Source of the DNA: an uncultured Gammaproteobacteria bacterium
Lineage (GTDB): Bacteria; Patescibacteriota; Patescibacteriia; CAZSQN01
Length of the DNA stretch: 64,000 nucleotides
NCBI GenBank assembly: GCA_964609095.1
Contig: CAZSQN010000001.1
Location: 214,117-278,116 of the forward strand
Direction of reading: 5' to 3'
Positions 56,082 to 64,000 of this stretch are shown piece by piece. The notes under the pieces were generated by a model, which was not told the origin of the DNA, made no database searches, and worked only from the letters and a program-made list of their open reading frames with translations. The position numbers and the translations under genes are program-made. Each line of letters starts with the position of its first letter. The stretch's first letter is position 1.

Positions 56082-56450
56082 TTACAGCGCTTCTTTGATT
56101 TTTTCAGCTTTTATTTTTTCTAACTCTTTCTGCGTTTTTTCCACAAGTTTTTTATATTCGCGTCTGATTTTTTGAATCTTGCCTCGGTGAAGATTAATGG
56201 TTTCCATAAGCTCTGTTTTTTTTGAGGCGGAGGAGACGGAAGAGCGTTTTGTCGTTTCGGACGATAAAGTTTTGGACATAGCGATAATGCCGTCCATTGA
56301 AGCATTTTTGGCAGCCGTTTTTGGCGGCGCGGAAAACCCGGGCGCGGCCGGAATCACGGTGCCGATGGTCGCTTTAATTAAGACCTTCCAAAATCTCATA
56401 AATGAATCGCTTAATCTTTTCAAATTCATAAGCAAAGAGTATACTGCCAC
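56082..56450 (-). CDS. Hypothetical small basic protein
   Basis: 122 aa. Confidence 0.35.
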   Translation of the reverse strand: MAVYSLLMNLKRLSDSFMRFWKVLIKATIGTVIPAAPGFSAPPKTAAKNASMDGIIAMSKTLSSETTKRSSVSSASKKTELMETINLHRGKIQKIRREYKKLVEKTQKELEKIKAEKIKEAL

Positions 56451-56472
56451 AGATTGGATTATATCAATATTT

Positions 56473-57804
56473 ATGCCCCATGGCTACCATATTATAACCT
56501 TTGGCTGTCAAATGAATAAGAATGATTCCGAGCGCGCGGCGGCGCTTTTGGAGGGCTTGGGTTTTTCGTCAAAAGACAAGCCGGAAGATTCCGATTTGGT
56601 CATCATCAATACTTGTTCGGTGCGGCAAACGGCGGAAGACAGGGTTTACGGCATGGTTGAGAAGTTGGCTAAATTGAAGGAGAAAAATTCGCATTTTGTT
56701 TTGGCTGTTATGGGCTGTATGCCCGGGCGCGATAAAGACGGCTCTTTGCGCAAGAAATTGCCGGCAGTTGACTTCTTCTTCCCGACCGCGAGAATTACGG
56801 AGTTGCCGAAATGGATAGCGGAAACCTTTCCGGAAATTGTTAATTCGGATGTTCTGGCCGAAGATTATCTTAAGCTCGCGCCAAAGAGAGAAACGCGGGT
56901 CAGCGGATACTTGACCATCCAGACGGGCTGCAATTATTTTTGCACTTATTGCGTTGTGCCTTTTGCCCGCGGACTGGAGCGGAACAGGCCGGTTGCCGAT
57001 ATTTTGGAAGAGGCGCGCGCTCTGGCGGAGTCCGGGTGCCTGGAAATTACGCTTTTGGGCCAAACGGTTAATTCTTTCCGCGCCGCCGATCCGGAGAACT
57101 TCTCCAAAAATAATCCTTATCACGACCATTTTGCCGCTCTGCTTTGGGAAATAAACCAGATTCCGGGCATTAGCCGCGTACATTGGACGGCGCCGCACCC
57201 GCGCCATATGACCGATGAGGTAATTAACGCGCTTGCTCTTCCCAAACAGGTTAATTTTCTCCATCTGCCGGTGCAATCGGGCGATAACGAAATATTGCGG
57301 AAAATGAATCGGCGCTACAAGGCGGAGGAGTATCTGGAACTTGTAGAAAAGATAAACGCCCGCAGGCCCGGGATAGCTTTGGGCACGGATATAATCGTCG
57401 GGTTTTGCGGAGAGACAGAGGAGCAGTTTGCGCGTACCGTGGAATTATACAAAAAGGCGGATTTTGATATAGCGTTTTTGGCGATGTATTCGCCGCGCTC
57501 CGGCACGGCTGCCAAAACGGCTTTTGCCGACACTGTGCCGCGCGAGGAAAAACGCCGCCGCTGGAGGGTGCTCCAAGATTTGATGGAAGAGATTGTCTTG
57601 GCTAAGAATCAGAAGTTTGTCGGCAACACCGCGGAAGTATTGGTTGATAAATGCGACTCCCGCGGACCGGCTCAAATTTGTTTGGGAAATTCCAATGAGA
57701 TGAAGGTTGTGCAGTTTAACGGCACGCCGGATGATGTGGGCAAGATTGTTAAAGTTAAAATAACCAAAGCGCGCGAATGGGTGCTGGAAGGAACAAAAAT
57801 TTAA
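56473..57804 (+). CDS. miaB: Radical-SAM methylthiotransferase (MiaB/RimO family: MTTase N-terminal domain, CxxxCxxC, TRAM)
   Basis: HIITFGCQMN (MTTase N-terminus), CNYFCTYC radical-SAM cluster, TRAM-like C-terminus. ATG at 56473 inside the longer track ORF. Confidence 0.7.
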   Translation: MPHGYHIITFGCQMNKNDSERAAALLEGLGFSSKDKPEDSDLVIINTCSVRQTAEDRVYGMVEKLAKLKEKNSHFVLAVMGCMPGRDKDGSLRKKLPAVDFFFPTARITELPKWIAETFPEIVNSDVLAEDYLKLAPKRETRVSGYLTIQTGCNYFCTYCVVPFARGLERNRPVADILEEARALAESGCLEITLLGQTVNSFRAADPENFSKNNPYHDHFAALLWEINQIPGISRVHWTAPHPRHMTDEVINALALPKQVNFLHLPVQSGDNEILRKMNRRYKAEEYLELVEKINARRPGIALGTDIIVGFCGETEEQFARTVELYKKADFDIAFLAMYSPRSGTAAKTAFADTVPREEKRRRWRVLQDLMEEIVLAKNQKFVGNTAEVLVDKCDSRGPAQICLGNSNEMKVVQFNGTPDDVGKIVKVKITKAREWVLEGTKI

Positions 57805-57836
57805 ATATTTAAATTTGTTTATTCCTTGTGGCTTGC

Positions 57837-57905
57837 CATAAGACCGTTGACAAAAGCCATTACATTCATTGACAAGCATTTTTTCCTTTGATAATCTGGT
57901 TTCAG
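57837..57905 (+). promoter_or_regulatory. Promoter with tandem TTGACA boxes and a strong RBS (taaggagga) for the small RHH-like gene
   Basis: ccgTTGACAaaagccattacattcaTTGACAagcattttttcctttgaTAATCT...taaggaggaaacaATG. Confidence 0.45.
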
Positions 57906-57924
57906 CCCTTTTAAGGAGGAAACA

Positions 57925-58125
57925 ATGGAAAAATTGACTGTTTCGTTCGATGACGCAACCTGGAGGCAACTGGACACCATCTCGGTAGAAACGGCACTTC
58001 CTAAGGCCGGGGTTCTTCGTCGAGCTATCCGTATTCTGGCCTGGCTGCTCAAGAAACAGGATGAAGGATACAAAGTCGCGCTGCTCAAGGAAGGTGAGCC
58101 GCCGCTTCTTGTGGAGCTTGTCTAA
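57925..58125 (+). CDS. Small ribbon-helix-helix-like DNA-binding protein (antitoxin-like), orphan
   Basis: N-terminal beta-strand KLTVSFDDATWRQL followed by two helices; 66 aa; GC higher than the surroundings; no adjacent toxin ORF. Confidence 0.45.
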   Translation: MEKLTVSFDDATWRQLDTISVETALPKAGVLRRAIRILAWLLKKQDEGYKVALLKEGEPPLLVELV

Positions 58126-58189
58126 TCTGGGAGCGCAGGCTATTCGCTCGGCATGTAGTTGAGTCTTATCCGCCTAAGGGCGGATAGTC

Positions 58190-58218
58190 CCCACATCCAA
58201 ACACTGGTGTGGTTTTTT
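58190..58218 (+). terminator. Rho-independent terminator (ccacatccaaacactggtgtgg + T8)
   Basis: Seen directly. Confidence 0.65.
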
Positions 58219-58272
58219 TTAAAAATTATTTAAGATAAATTGTCCCATTTAAAAATAAATTTGCCTAAATTA

Positions 58273-58305
58273 AAATACTTTGATAATTTGAATAATCAAA
58301 GTAAA
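58273..58305 (+). promoter_or_regulatory. 33-bp palindromic operator-like box AAATACTTTGATAATTTGAATAATCAAAGTAAA (copy 1, upstream of the yerC-like gene)
   Basis: Identical copy at 58778-58810; internal dyad TTTGATAATT/AATAATCAAA. Confidence 0.6.
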
Positions 58306-58324
58306 TCATTAACCTTTAAAATTT

Positions 58325-58768
58325 ATGCCTAAAGTTAATCCAAGACAATTAGACCGATTGCAGAGAATGAAATATCTGGATATTTTATGGACTTCCATTG
58401 CCGGACTGGAAACTCGCGCTGAAGTCAAAGCGTTTTTTAAAGATTTATTAAGCGAAAGCGAAGCTATTATGCTTGGCCGGAGGATTCAGGTAGCCAAGAG
58501 TTTATTGGAAGGGAAGAAGTATGAAGAGATTATTGATGATTTGCATGTCGGAGACGACACCATTGGCAGGGTCCAGCGTTGGCTGACGTCCGGTTTCGGC
58601 GGATATGAGCAAGCGATTAAAAGTTTTGAAAGAGTATTGAATTACAGAGAAGAAATTGAAAGAAATAAAAATATCCAGCCCTACAGTTTTGAATGGTTGA
58701 AAAAGAAATATCCTCTTCATTTTTTGTTGTTTAATATTATGGATAAGGTTGATCGTAAAAAGAAATGA
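58325..58768 (+). CDS. TrpR-like YerC/YecD-family regulatory protein
   Basis: SESEAIMLGRRIQVAKSLLEGKKYEEIIDDLHVGDDTIGRVQRWL resembles the YerC/YecD (Trp repressor-like) signature as I recall it. Confidence 0.55.
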   Translation: MPKVNPRQLDRLQRMKYLDILWTSIAGLETRAEVKAFFKDLLSESEAIMLGRRIQVAKSLLEGKKYEEIIDDLHVGDDTIGRVQRWLTSGFGGYEQAIKSFERVLNYREEIERNKNIQPYSFEWLKKKYPLHFLLFNIMDKVDRKKK

Positions 58769-58777
58769 TCAAAATTT

Positions 58778-58810
58778 AAATACTTTGATAATTTGAATAA
58801 TCAAAGTAAA
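58778..58810 (+). promoter_or_regulatory. 33-bp palindromic operator-like box (copy 2, upstream of miaA)
   Basis: Exact repeat of 58273-58305, 20 nt upstream of the miaA ATG. Confidence 0.6.
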
Positions 58811-58830
58811 GTGTGAGGGTGGTTTATATT

Positions 58831-59772
58831 ATGAGGAAATTACCAAAGATTATCGTTATAGCCGGGCCGACCGCAACGGGTAAGACCGATTTGGGTATTA
58901 AGATTGCCAAAAAATTTAATGGAGAAGTAATTAGCGCTGACTCAAGACAGATTTATCGTGGAATGGATATAGGGACGGGCAAACCTAAAATTTCAGATTT
59001 CAGATTTCAGATTTCAGAAGTTGATGGCATAAAACATCACTTGATAAGTATCGTGGATCCGGATGAAGAATTTACCGTTGCGCTTTGGAAACAAGAAGCA
59101 ATCGCGGCGATTAAAAATATCTTAACGCGCAATAAATTGCCGATAATTGTCGGCGGTACGGGACTTTATATTAAATCATTGGTGGAAAATTTGGATATTC
59201 CTCAAGTGCCGCCGGATTTTGCTTTGCGCAAGAAGCTGGAATTAAGAATTAAGAAGCAAGGATTGAAAGTTTTATATAAAGAACTTTTGAAATTAGATCC
59301 GGGAGCAAAAGGCGTTGTTGACCAGCGTAATTCCCGGCGAGTCATCAGGGCGCTGGAGGTCTGCCTTATAACGGGCAAGCCGTTTAGTTCGCTTCAAAAA
59401 CAAGGTGAGCCGATGTTTGAAGTTTTAGAGCTGGGAATAGACGTCCCGAGAGAAAAACTTTATAAGCGCATAGATAGACGCGTTTTGGAAATGTACAAGG
59501 AAGGGTTGCTTAAAGAAACAAAAAAATTTTTGAAAAGATATTCGCCGCATATTCCCGCAATGAGCGGGATTGGCTATAAGGAAGCAGGGGAGCATTTGGC
59601 CGGTAAAATCAGTTTGGAAGAAGCAATTGTTAAAACGCAGCTTCGTACCCATGCTTATGCCCGCCGCCAGCTTATCTGGTTTAGGAAGGATAAGAAGATC
59701 AAATGGATAAAGACTCAAGAACAGGCGGAAAAGCTGGTTGAGATTTGCCTTTTAGCTCTAAATGTGTTATAG
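58831..59772 (+). CDS. miaA: tRNA dimethylallyltransferase, carrying an in-frame (ATTTCAG)x4 heptamer insertion
   Basis: P-loop IVIAGPTATGKT, conserved QIYRGMDIGT. The block between GT(G/A)KP and HHLI is lengthened by ISDFRFQISE, encoded by 58989-59018. Confidence 0.85.
   Translation: MRKLPKIIVIAGPTATGKTDLGIKIAKKFNGEVISADSRQIYRGMDIGTGKPKISDFRFQISEVDGIKHHLISIVDPDEEFTVALWKQEAIAAIKNILTRNKLPIIVGGTGLYIKSLVENLDIPQVPPDFALRKKLELRIKKQGLKVLYKELLKLDPGAKGVVDQRNSRRVIRALEVCLITGKPFSSLQKQGEPMFEVLELGIDVPREKLYKRIDRRVLEMYKEGLLKETKKFLKRYSPHIPAMSGIGYKEAGEHLAGKISLEEAIVKTQLRTHAYARRQLIWFRKDKKIKWIKTQEQAEKLVEICLLALNVL
58989..59018. repeat. (TTTCAGA)x4 heptamer tandem repeat inside miaA
   Basis: aatttcagatttcagatttcagatttcaga; same heptamer class as the pheS leader element. 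Confidence 0.8.
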
Positions 59773-59803
59773 TATGTAAAGCTATTATTAAGACCTCTTA
59801 TAT

Positions 59804-59980
59804 ATGGCCAATGTTCAAGCAGAACCAGTTGTTGGTTACTGCGTTAAGTGCAAGGAAAAGCGGGAAATGAAGGACCCCAAAGAGGTGGAAATGCCGGGCA
59901 AAGGCGGTCCTCGCCGCGCCATGAAGGGCACTTGCCCTGTCTGCGGCACAGGCATGTTCAGAATTTTGGGGAAAAAGTAA
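59804..59980 (+). CDS. Small zinc-ribbon protein (58 aa; below the ORF-track length cutoff)
   Basis: MANVQAEPVVGYCVKCKEKREMKDP...CPVCGTGMFRILGKK with two CxxC pairs; terminator immediately downstream. Confidence 0.45.
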   Translation: MANVQAEPVVGYCVKCKEKREMKDPKEVEMPGKGGPRRAMKGTCPVCGTGMFRILGKK

Positions 59981-59989
59981 GCATTTATC

Positions 59990-60020
59990 AAAAAATCCGC
60001 CAATTTTGGCGGATTTTTTG
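59990..60020. terminator. Bidirectional terminator (aaaaaatccgcc-aatttt-ggcggatttttt)
   Basis: Seen directly, between convergent genes. Confidence 0.7.
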
Positions 60021-60030
60021 ATATATTTTT

Positions 60031-61545
60031 TTAGGCAAGCCTGTCTTTGAGCAGTTTTTCCGCCACTTGGGGATTTGCCGTGCCGTGAGTTTCTTTCATA
60101 ACCACGCCTTTTAGGAACTGAATGACCTGGATTTTCCCGGCCTTATATTCGGCAACCTGCTCCGGGTGGTGGGCAAGAACCCTTTCCACAACCGGTATAA
60201 GCTCTTCATCGCCGGAAACTTGTCCCAAACCTTTATCCTCAATTATTTCTTCCGGCTCCGCCCCTGTTTTAAGCATTTCTTCCAGAACGGTCTGCGCGGC
60301 CGAGGAGGATATTTTATTGGCGTAAATCATGGTAATGAATTCGGCGAAATTTTCCGGTGTTATTTTAATGTCTTTAATTTCCGTCCCGTCTGCTCCAAGC
60401 AATCCGCCAAGTTTTGACAAGAGCCAGCCGGAGACAAGTTTGGCAAGTTTTTTTCCTTCTTTTTGCCAGACCTCTTCGCCCGAACCCTCAATCTCCGGCA
60501 GGGTGGAAAGCCATTCTTTGAGCTCGGAGATAACCTTTTCCGCATAGTTGGAGAGCTCAAGATCTTCGGAGACGGTTCTGGCGTCTTCGGACGAGAAGAA
60601 GTATTCATTTTTAAATCTTTCTCTTTTTTGCGCCGGAAGCTCCGGCAATTCTCTGCTAAGCCGTGAAGACATTTCAGATAGTTCCAGCGGCGGCAGGTCC
60701 GGTTCCGGAAAATAGCGATAATCGTGCGCTTCTTCTTTTGTCCGTTGCAGCACGGTTATCTGCCGGCTGTCGTCCCAGCCGCGGGTCGTTGTGGCTTCCT
60801 GCGGAGCGCCCTCTTCCCAAAGCTTTGTTTGTCTCATTATTTCGTATTCCAAGGCGCGCTCCACGGCGCGGAAAGAATTGATATTTTTGATTTCTGTTTT
60901 GGGATAGAGTTTGGTTTCGCCCAGGGGACGCAGAGATATATTGGCGTCGCAGCGAAGATGCCCTTTTTCCATATCAGCGTCCGAAACGGCTAAATATCTC
61001 ATCATCAGCCGCAATTCCTGCAGGAATGACTTTGCCTCCAGCGGGCTTCGCATATCCGGCTCGGTGACGATTTCGGCAAGCGGCGTGCCGGCGCGGTTAT
61101 AATCGACTAAAGATGTTTTTTTGTCGGCGGAGTGCAGCAATTTAGCCGCGTCTTCTTCCAAGTGAAGGCGGGTTATGCCGATTCTGGCCGAAGTTCTCTC
61201 GTTTTTTTTAGCCGGAATCTCAATATTGAGAAAACCATTAATCGCTACGGGCTCGTCATACTGGGATATCTGGTATCCCTTGGGGAGATCCGGATAAAAA
61301 TAATTTTTTCTGTCAAATTTGGAACTGTCCGGTATTTGACAATTTAAGGCAAGTCCGGCAAGAACGCCAAAGCGCAGGGCCTGATTATTGATTACCGGCA
61401 AAGTGCCCGGATGTCCTAGGCAGATGGGGCAGATGACGGTATTGGGCGGCAGGTTTTCTCCGCTATTGTCGCAGCCGCAGAACATTTTTGATTTGGTTTT
61501 TAGCTGGACGTGAATTTCCAAACCGATAATTGATTCAAATTTCAT
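60031..61545 (-). CDS. gatB: Asp-tRNA(Asn)/Glu-tRNA(Gln) amidotransferase subunit B
   Basis: N-terminal ESIIGLEIHVQL...FCGC, ~504 aa, GatB/YqeY C-terminal domain. Confidence 0.9.
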   Translation of the reverse strand: MKFESIIGLEIHVQLKTKSKMFCGCDNSGENLPPNTVICPICLGHPGTLPVINNQALRFGVLAGLALNCQIPDSSKFDRKNYFYPDLPKGYQISQYDEPVAINGFLNIEIPAKKNERTSARIGITRLHLEEDAAKLLHSADKKTSLVDYNRAGTPLAEIVTEPDMRSPLEAKSFLQELRLMMRYLAVSDADMEKGHLRCDANISLRPLGETKLYPKTEIKNINSFRAVERALEYEIMRQTKLWEEGAPQEATTTRGWDDSRQITVLQRTKEEAHDYRYFPEPDLPPLELSEMSSRLSRELPELPAQKRERFKNEYFFSSEDARTVSEDLELSNYAEKVISELKEWLSTLPEIEGSGEEVWQKEGKKLAKLVSGWLLSKLGGLLGADGTEIKDIKITPENFAEFITMIYANKISSSAAQTVLEEMLKTGAEPEEIIEDKGLGQVSGDEELIPVVERVLAHHPEQVAEYKAGKIQVIQFLKGVVMKETHGTANPQVAEKLLKDRLA

Positions 61546-61581
61546 AAAATACGAAACATACTGCGGGATTTTCGAATTCGC

Positions 61582-62379
61582 TTATTGAGCCGCCGTTGCC
61601 GTTGTTTCCGTTCCGCTCTCTTTTAGCGCCCGATAGAGCAGGACGCCAACGGCGGTAAGAAGCGGAGCGGAAAGTGATTGAATTAAATTACTGATGGCGT
61701 CCAAAATTGCCGATAAATAAGCCGAGCCCGGCCCCGTGCTTATGATTTCTTTCCACGGAATGGTGGCGGCGGAGAAAAGCTGGAAGATGGCGCTCGTGGC
61801 AAGCCAGACGACAACCGACCAGAAAGCGGCCGGAGCCGCGAGCCGCCAAAGCGCTGCCCAAAATCTGCCGCGCGAGAGGCGGCGGCTTTTTTTAAGAGCG
61901 TCCGCGCCTTTGGCGCCATGGAGAATCGCCTCATAGTAGGCAAACGCAAACCAGATGGAAAAGATTATGCCGGGAATGACGAAAAGCAAAAATCCGCCAA
62001 GCATGGCGAGTCCCGCGAGAATGGAAACGATTAAAACCGGAAGAAACTTTCTGGCCGCGTCTTCGCCAAGCTTTTTAACGTCAAATTCCTGTTTTTGGAT
62101 GGCGGCGTCAAGCGCTAGAACCAGAATTATCGCGGCCCAAAACCTGATTAAATATGATGGGATTGAAACCAAAAGCGAAGTGATGATGGCGGCAATTTCT
62201 CCGACCGAGAGCAGCCGCAAAAGCAGATTGACGGAAGTGACAACAACCGTCGGCGCGAACATCCATAAGGCCACCCTCATCAACGGCTTGCGGTTAGTTT
62301 TATAAAGCAGCCAGGAACCTTCTATAATATCTCCGGCGCCTAAAAGTTTGTTCATAATAAGCGGGACCCTTTGGACCAA
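61582..62379 (-). CDS. Hypothetical polytopic membrane protein
   Basis: 265 aa, about 6 TM helices. Confidence 0.45.
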   Translation of the reverse strand: MVQRVPLIMNKLLGAGDIIEGSWLLYKTNRKPLMRVALWMFAPTVVVTSVNLLLRLLSVGEIAAIITSLLVSIPSYLIRFWAAIILVLALDAAIQKQEFDVKKLGEDAARKFLPVLIVSILAGLAMLGGFLLFVIPGIIFSIWFAFAYYEAILHGAKGADALKKSRRLSRGRFWAALWRLAAPAAFWSVVVWLATSAIFQLFSAATIPWKEIISTGPGSAYLSAILDAISNLIQSLSAPLLTAVGVLLYRALKESGTETTATAAQ

Positions 62380-62472
62380 TAGGTCATATAGGTCTTATTT
62401 AATTATTTTTCTTCAAAAGACACGCTTTATCTTTTGGAGAAAAATCCCGAAAACGGTTTCGGGACGGTTTTA

Positions 62473-63195
62473 TTATTTGTTTGGAAAGATCTTTTGGACT
62501 AGTTTGGCGACTTCCGCGGTTACATCTTCAATGGTTCCGTCATTTCGCAGAATAATCCGTTCAATGCCCTTGCGCTTAAGGTATCCGAGAAACCAATGTC
62601 CCATAAAGGCATTTCGGAGCTTTTCAAGCACTTCAGCGCGTTCAAAAATGGAATCATCCTTTTTTCCGGAACGCCCTTCCAGCCGCTTCATCGCAATCGC
62701 CGGTGAACAATCAATTTGAATAAAATATCCTGGACAATGTTCGTCGGCAAGAGCGTTTCCTGGGAGAGTCAGGATTTTTTGTTCCGTAATTCCGCCTTGG
62801 ACCGGCTGATAAACCAGGGTTGTGAGGTAACTTCTGTCCTGAAGGACGATTCGTCCGTCGGCAAGCGCCGGCAGGATAACGCGGTTATAGAGAATATGGC
62901 GGTCAAGGGCGAAAAGCTGCGCTGTTTCAAGCGCGCCATACGCGGCCTTGTTGCTGATGAGCTCGTTTCTGATGGCCGCGCCGGTCCATGCATGGGTTGG
63001 CTCCGCCGAAAGCAGAATGCCGGCTTTGGGCAGGTCTTCATAGCGTGGAATAGCCCCGGTACTTTTAATGTGTCCGGCCAGGTCAAACGAAGTCAGGCCT
63101 TTTCTTTTTTCCAATTCTTTTTGAATGAGCTTTAAGACAGTGCTTTTGCCGCACCCGTCTATACCGTCCAAGACCAAAAGATTTTTTTGCGGCAT
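62473..63195 (-). CDS. tmk: Thymidylate kinase
   Basis: P-loop LDGIDGCGKST, DRH/DRY-like motif; 240 aa. Confidence 0.8.
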   Translation of the reverse strand: MPQKNLLVLDGIDGCGKSTVLKLIQKELEKRKGLTSFDLAGHIKSTGAIPRYEDLPKAGILLSAEPTHAWTGAAIRNELISNKAAYGALETAQLFALDRHILYNRVILPALADGRIVLQDRSYLTTLVYQPVQGGITEQKILTLPGNALADEHCPGYFIQIDCSPAIAMKRLEGRSGKKDDSIFERAEVLEKLRNAFMGHWFLGYLKRKGIERIILRNDGTIEDVTAEVAKLVQKIFPNK

Positions 63196-63348
63196 AACGC
63201 GTTCCTTTGCTAAAAGACGCCACCCAGGCGCCTTTTTATATTATCATATCTGGTTTCGCGGGGCGAGGCCCCGCACATAGTTTATGGAAATATTTTTATA
63301 GCTTTGTAACTCTATGTTAAGACAGGTTCGCGCTAAATTTAATGTATT

Positions 63349-63816
63349 TTAAGAGTCTATGTGCGGGGCGAGGTGTCCCGCGTATCCTCCGGTAGAGCCG
63401 AATCCGCCTCTGGACTTTGATTGCATCTCGGGAACTTCTTGCCAGTCGGCGCGTTCCATTTTTACAAATATCCCTTGAGCTATGCGCTCGCCGCGGGAAA
63501 TTTGCGCCGGAGCCGATTTGATGTTTAAAATCTGTATTTTTAATTCATCATCCGGACCGCAATAGTCCTGATCAACGATGCCGATGCCGTTAGGCACGAC
63601 CAGCCCCTTTTTAAGCGGAAGCGAGGAGCGGGACGCCAGGATAAGCATATAACCCGGCGGGGTTTGCACAATAACATTTACCGGCACGAGCGCGATTTCT
63701 CCGCCCGGCACCAGCGCGTCTTCTCTCGCGAGCAAATCAAAAGCCACCGCGCCTTCTGACTCATAGCGCGGCAGGGGCAGAGAGTTGTCAACTCGTTTAA
63801 TTTTTATGGACAACAT
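63349..63816 (-). CDS. dut: dUTP diphosphatase
   Basis: dUTPase motifs (GAVAFDL, ASRSSL, GIVDQDYCG, RGGFGSTG); 155 aa. Confidence 0.8.
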   Translation of the reverse strand: MLSIKIKRVDNSLPLPRYESEGAVAFDLLAREDALVPGGEIALVPVNVIVQTPPGYMLILASRSSLPLKKGLVVPNGIGIVDQDYCGPDDELKIQILNIKSAPAQISRGERIAQGIFVKMERADWQEVPEMQSKSRGGFGSTGGYAGHLAPHIDS

Positions 63817-64000
63817 AAATATAACGCAAATCTCGCGAATGAATGCAAATGACGCGAATGCGCGAATACCTTATTTGCATATTCGCATGATATTGGCATG
63901 GGATTCGCATCATTCGCGTTATGGTTATTTAAAGTTTTTCCACATCTGGCTGGCTTGCGGCTCTTTGGCGCCGTAATATTTTGATTGGAGTTTTCCGGAA

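Noticed and set aside
63255-63374. 17-nt inverted repeat (gaggccccgcacatag / ctatgtgcggggcgagg) spanning the dut-tmk spacer
   Set aside because: One arm lies inside the dut C-terminal codons and the other in the spacer. It looks like a simple terminator-like hairpin (gcggggc-gag-gccccgc) rather than an element; noted only.
63785-63976. 63-aa ORF at the window end, plus many 60-120-aa antisense ORFs inside recG, clpC, dnaE, thrS and gatB
   Set aside because: They are fully embedded in, or antisense to, well-supported conserved genes, and have no start context.

Overview
This window reads as a gene-dense bacterial chromosome segment. Gene content suggests a small-genome, uncultivated lineage (candidate phyla radiation / Patescibacteria-like); that is inference only. 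The content is: many small membrane and secreted proteins; a VirB4/VirB6/PrgI-type secretion cluster; very large GEVED-domain surface proteins; ComF; a compact housekeeping set (recG, radA, clpC, htpX, murI, pheST, dnaE, thrS, miaAB, gatB, tmk, dut); and three tRNAs.

The strongest single finding is a complete diversity-generating retroelement (DGR) at about 35.8-38.2 kb. It has a small target gene whose 3' variable repeat (VR) differs from a downstream template repeat (TR) at 21 positions, all of them TR adenines. An Avd-like four-helix-bundle gene is encoded divergently to a DGR-type reverse transcriptase (LGxxxSQ, YADD). A (GT)13 microsatellite sits inside the avd 5' coding region and 30 nt upstream of the RT start, so it is a candidate phase-variation switch.

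The second finding is pervasive. A family of short hairpin elements, each built from an imperfect purine-rich arm plus about four perfect tandem heptamers (CCCTAAA, ATTCTAA, CTGAAAT, AAAAGCT, AATTAGA), occupies the last 60-80 nt before many start codons. Related elements are inserted in frame into otherwise conserved genes (pheT, radA, miaA). The CCCTAAA class carries canonical G-quadruplex motifs on both strands.

Other observations:
- A GIY-YIG gene bracketed by 20-bp inverted repeats.
- A tRNA(GCG) whose leader and trailer form a perfect 11-bp extension of the acceptor stem, directly abutting recG.
- A tRNA 3'-end-like remnant next to two tRNA-Ser genes.
- Long perfect inverted repeats in gene leaders.
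- A duplicated palindromic operator upstream of a YerC/TrpR-like regulator and of miaA.

All calls are from reading the sequence and the ORF track. No database search was run.
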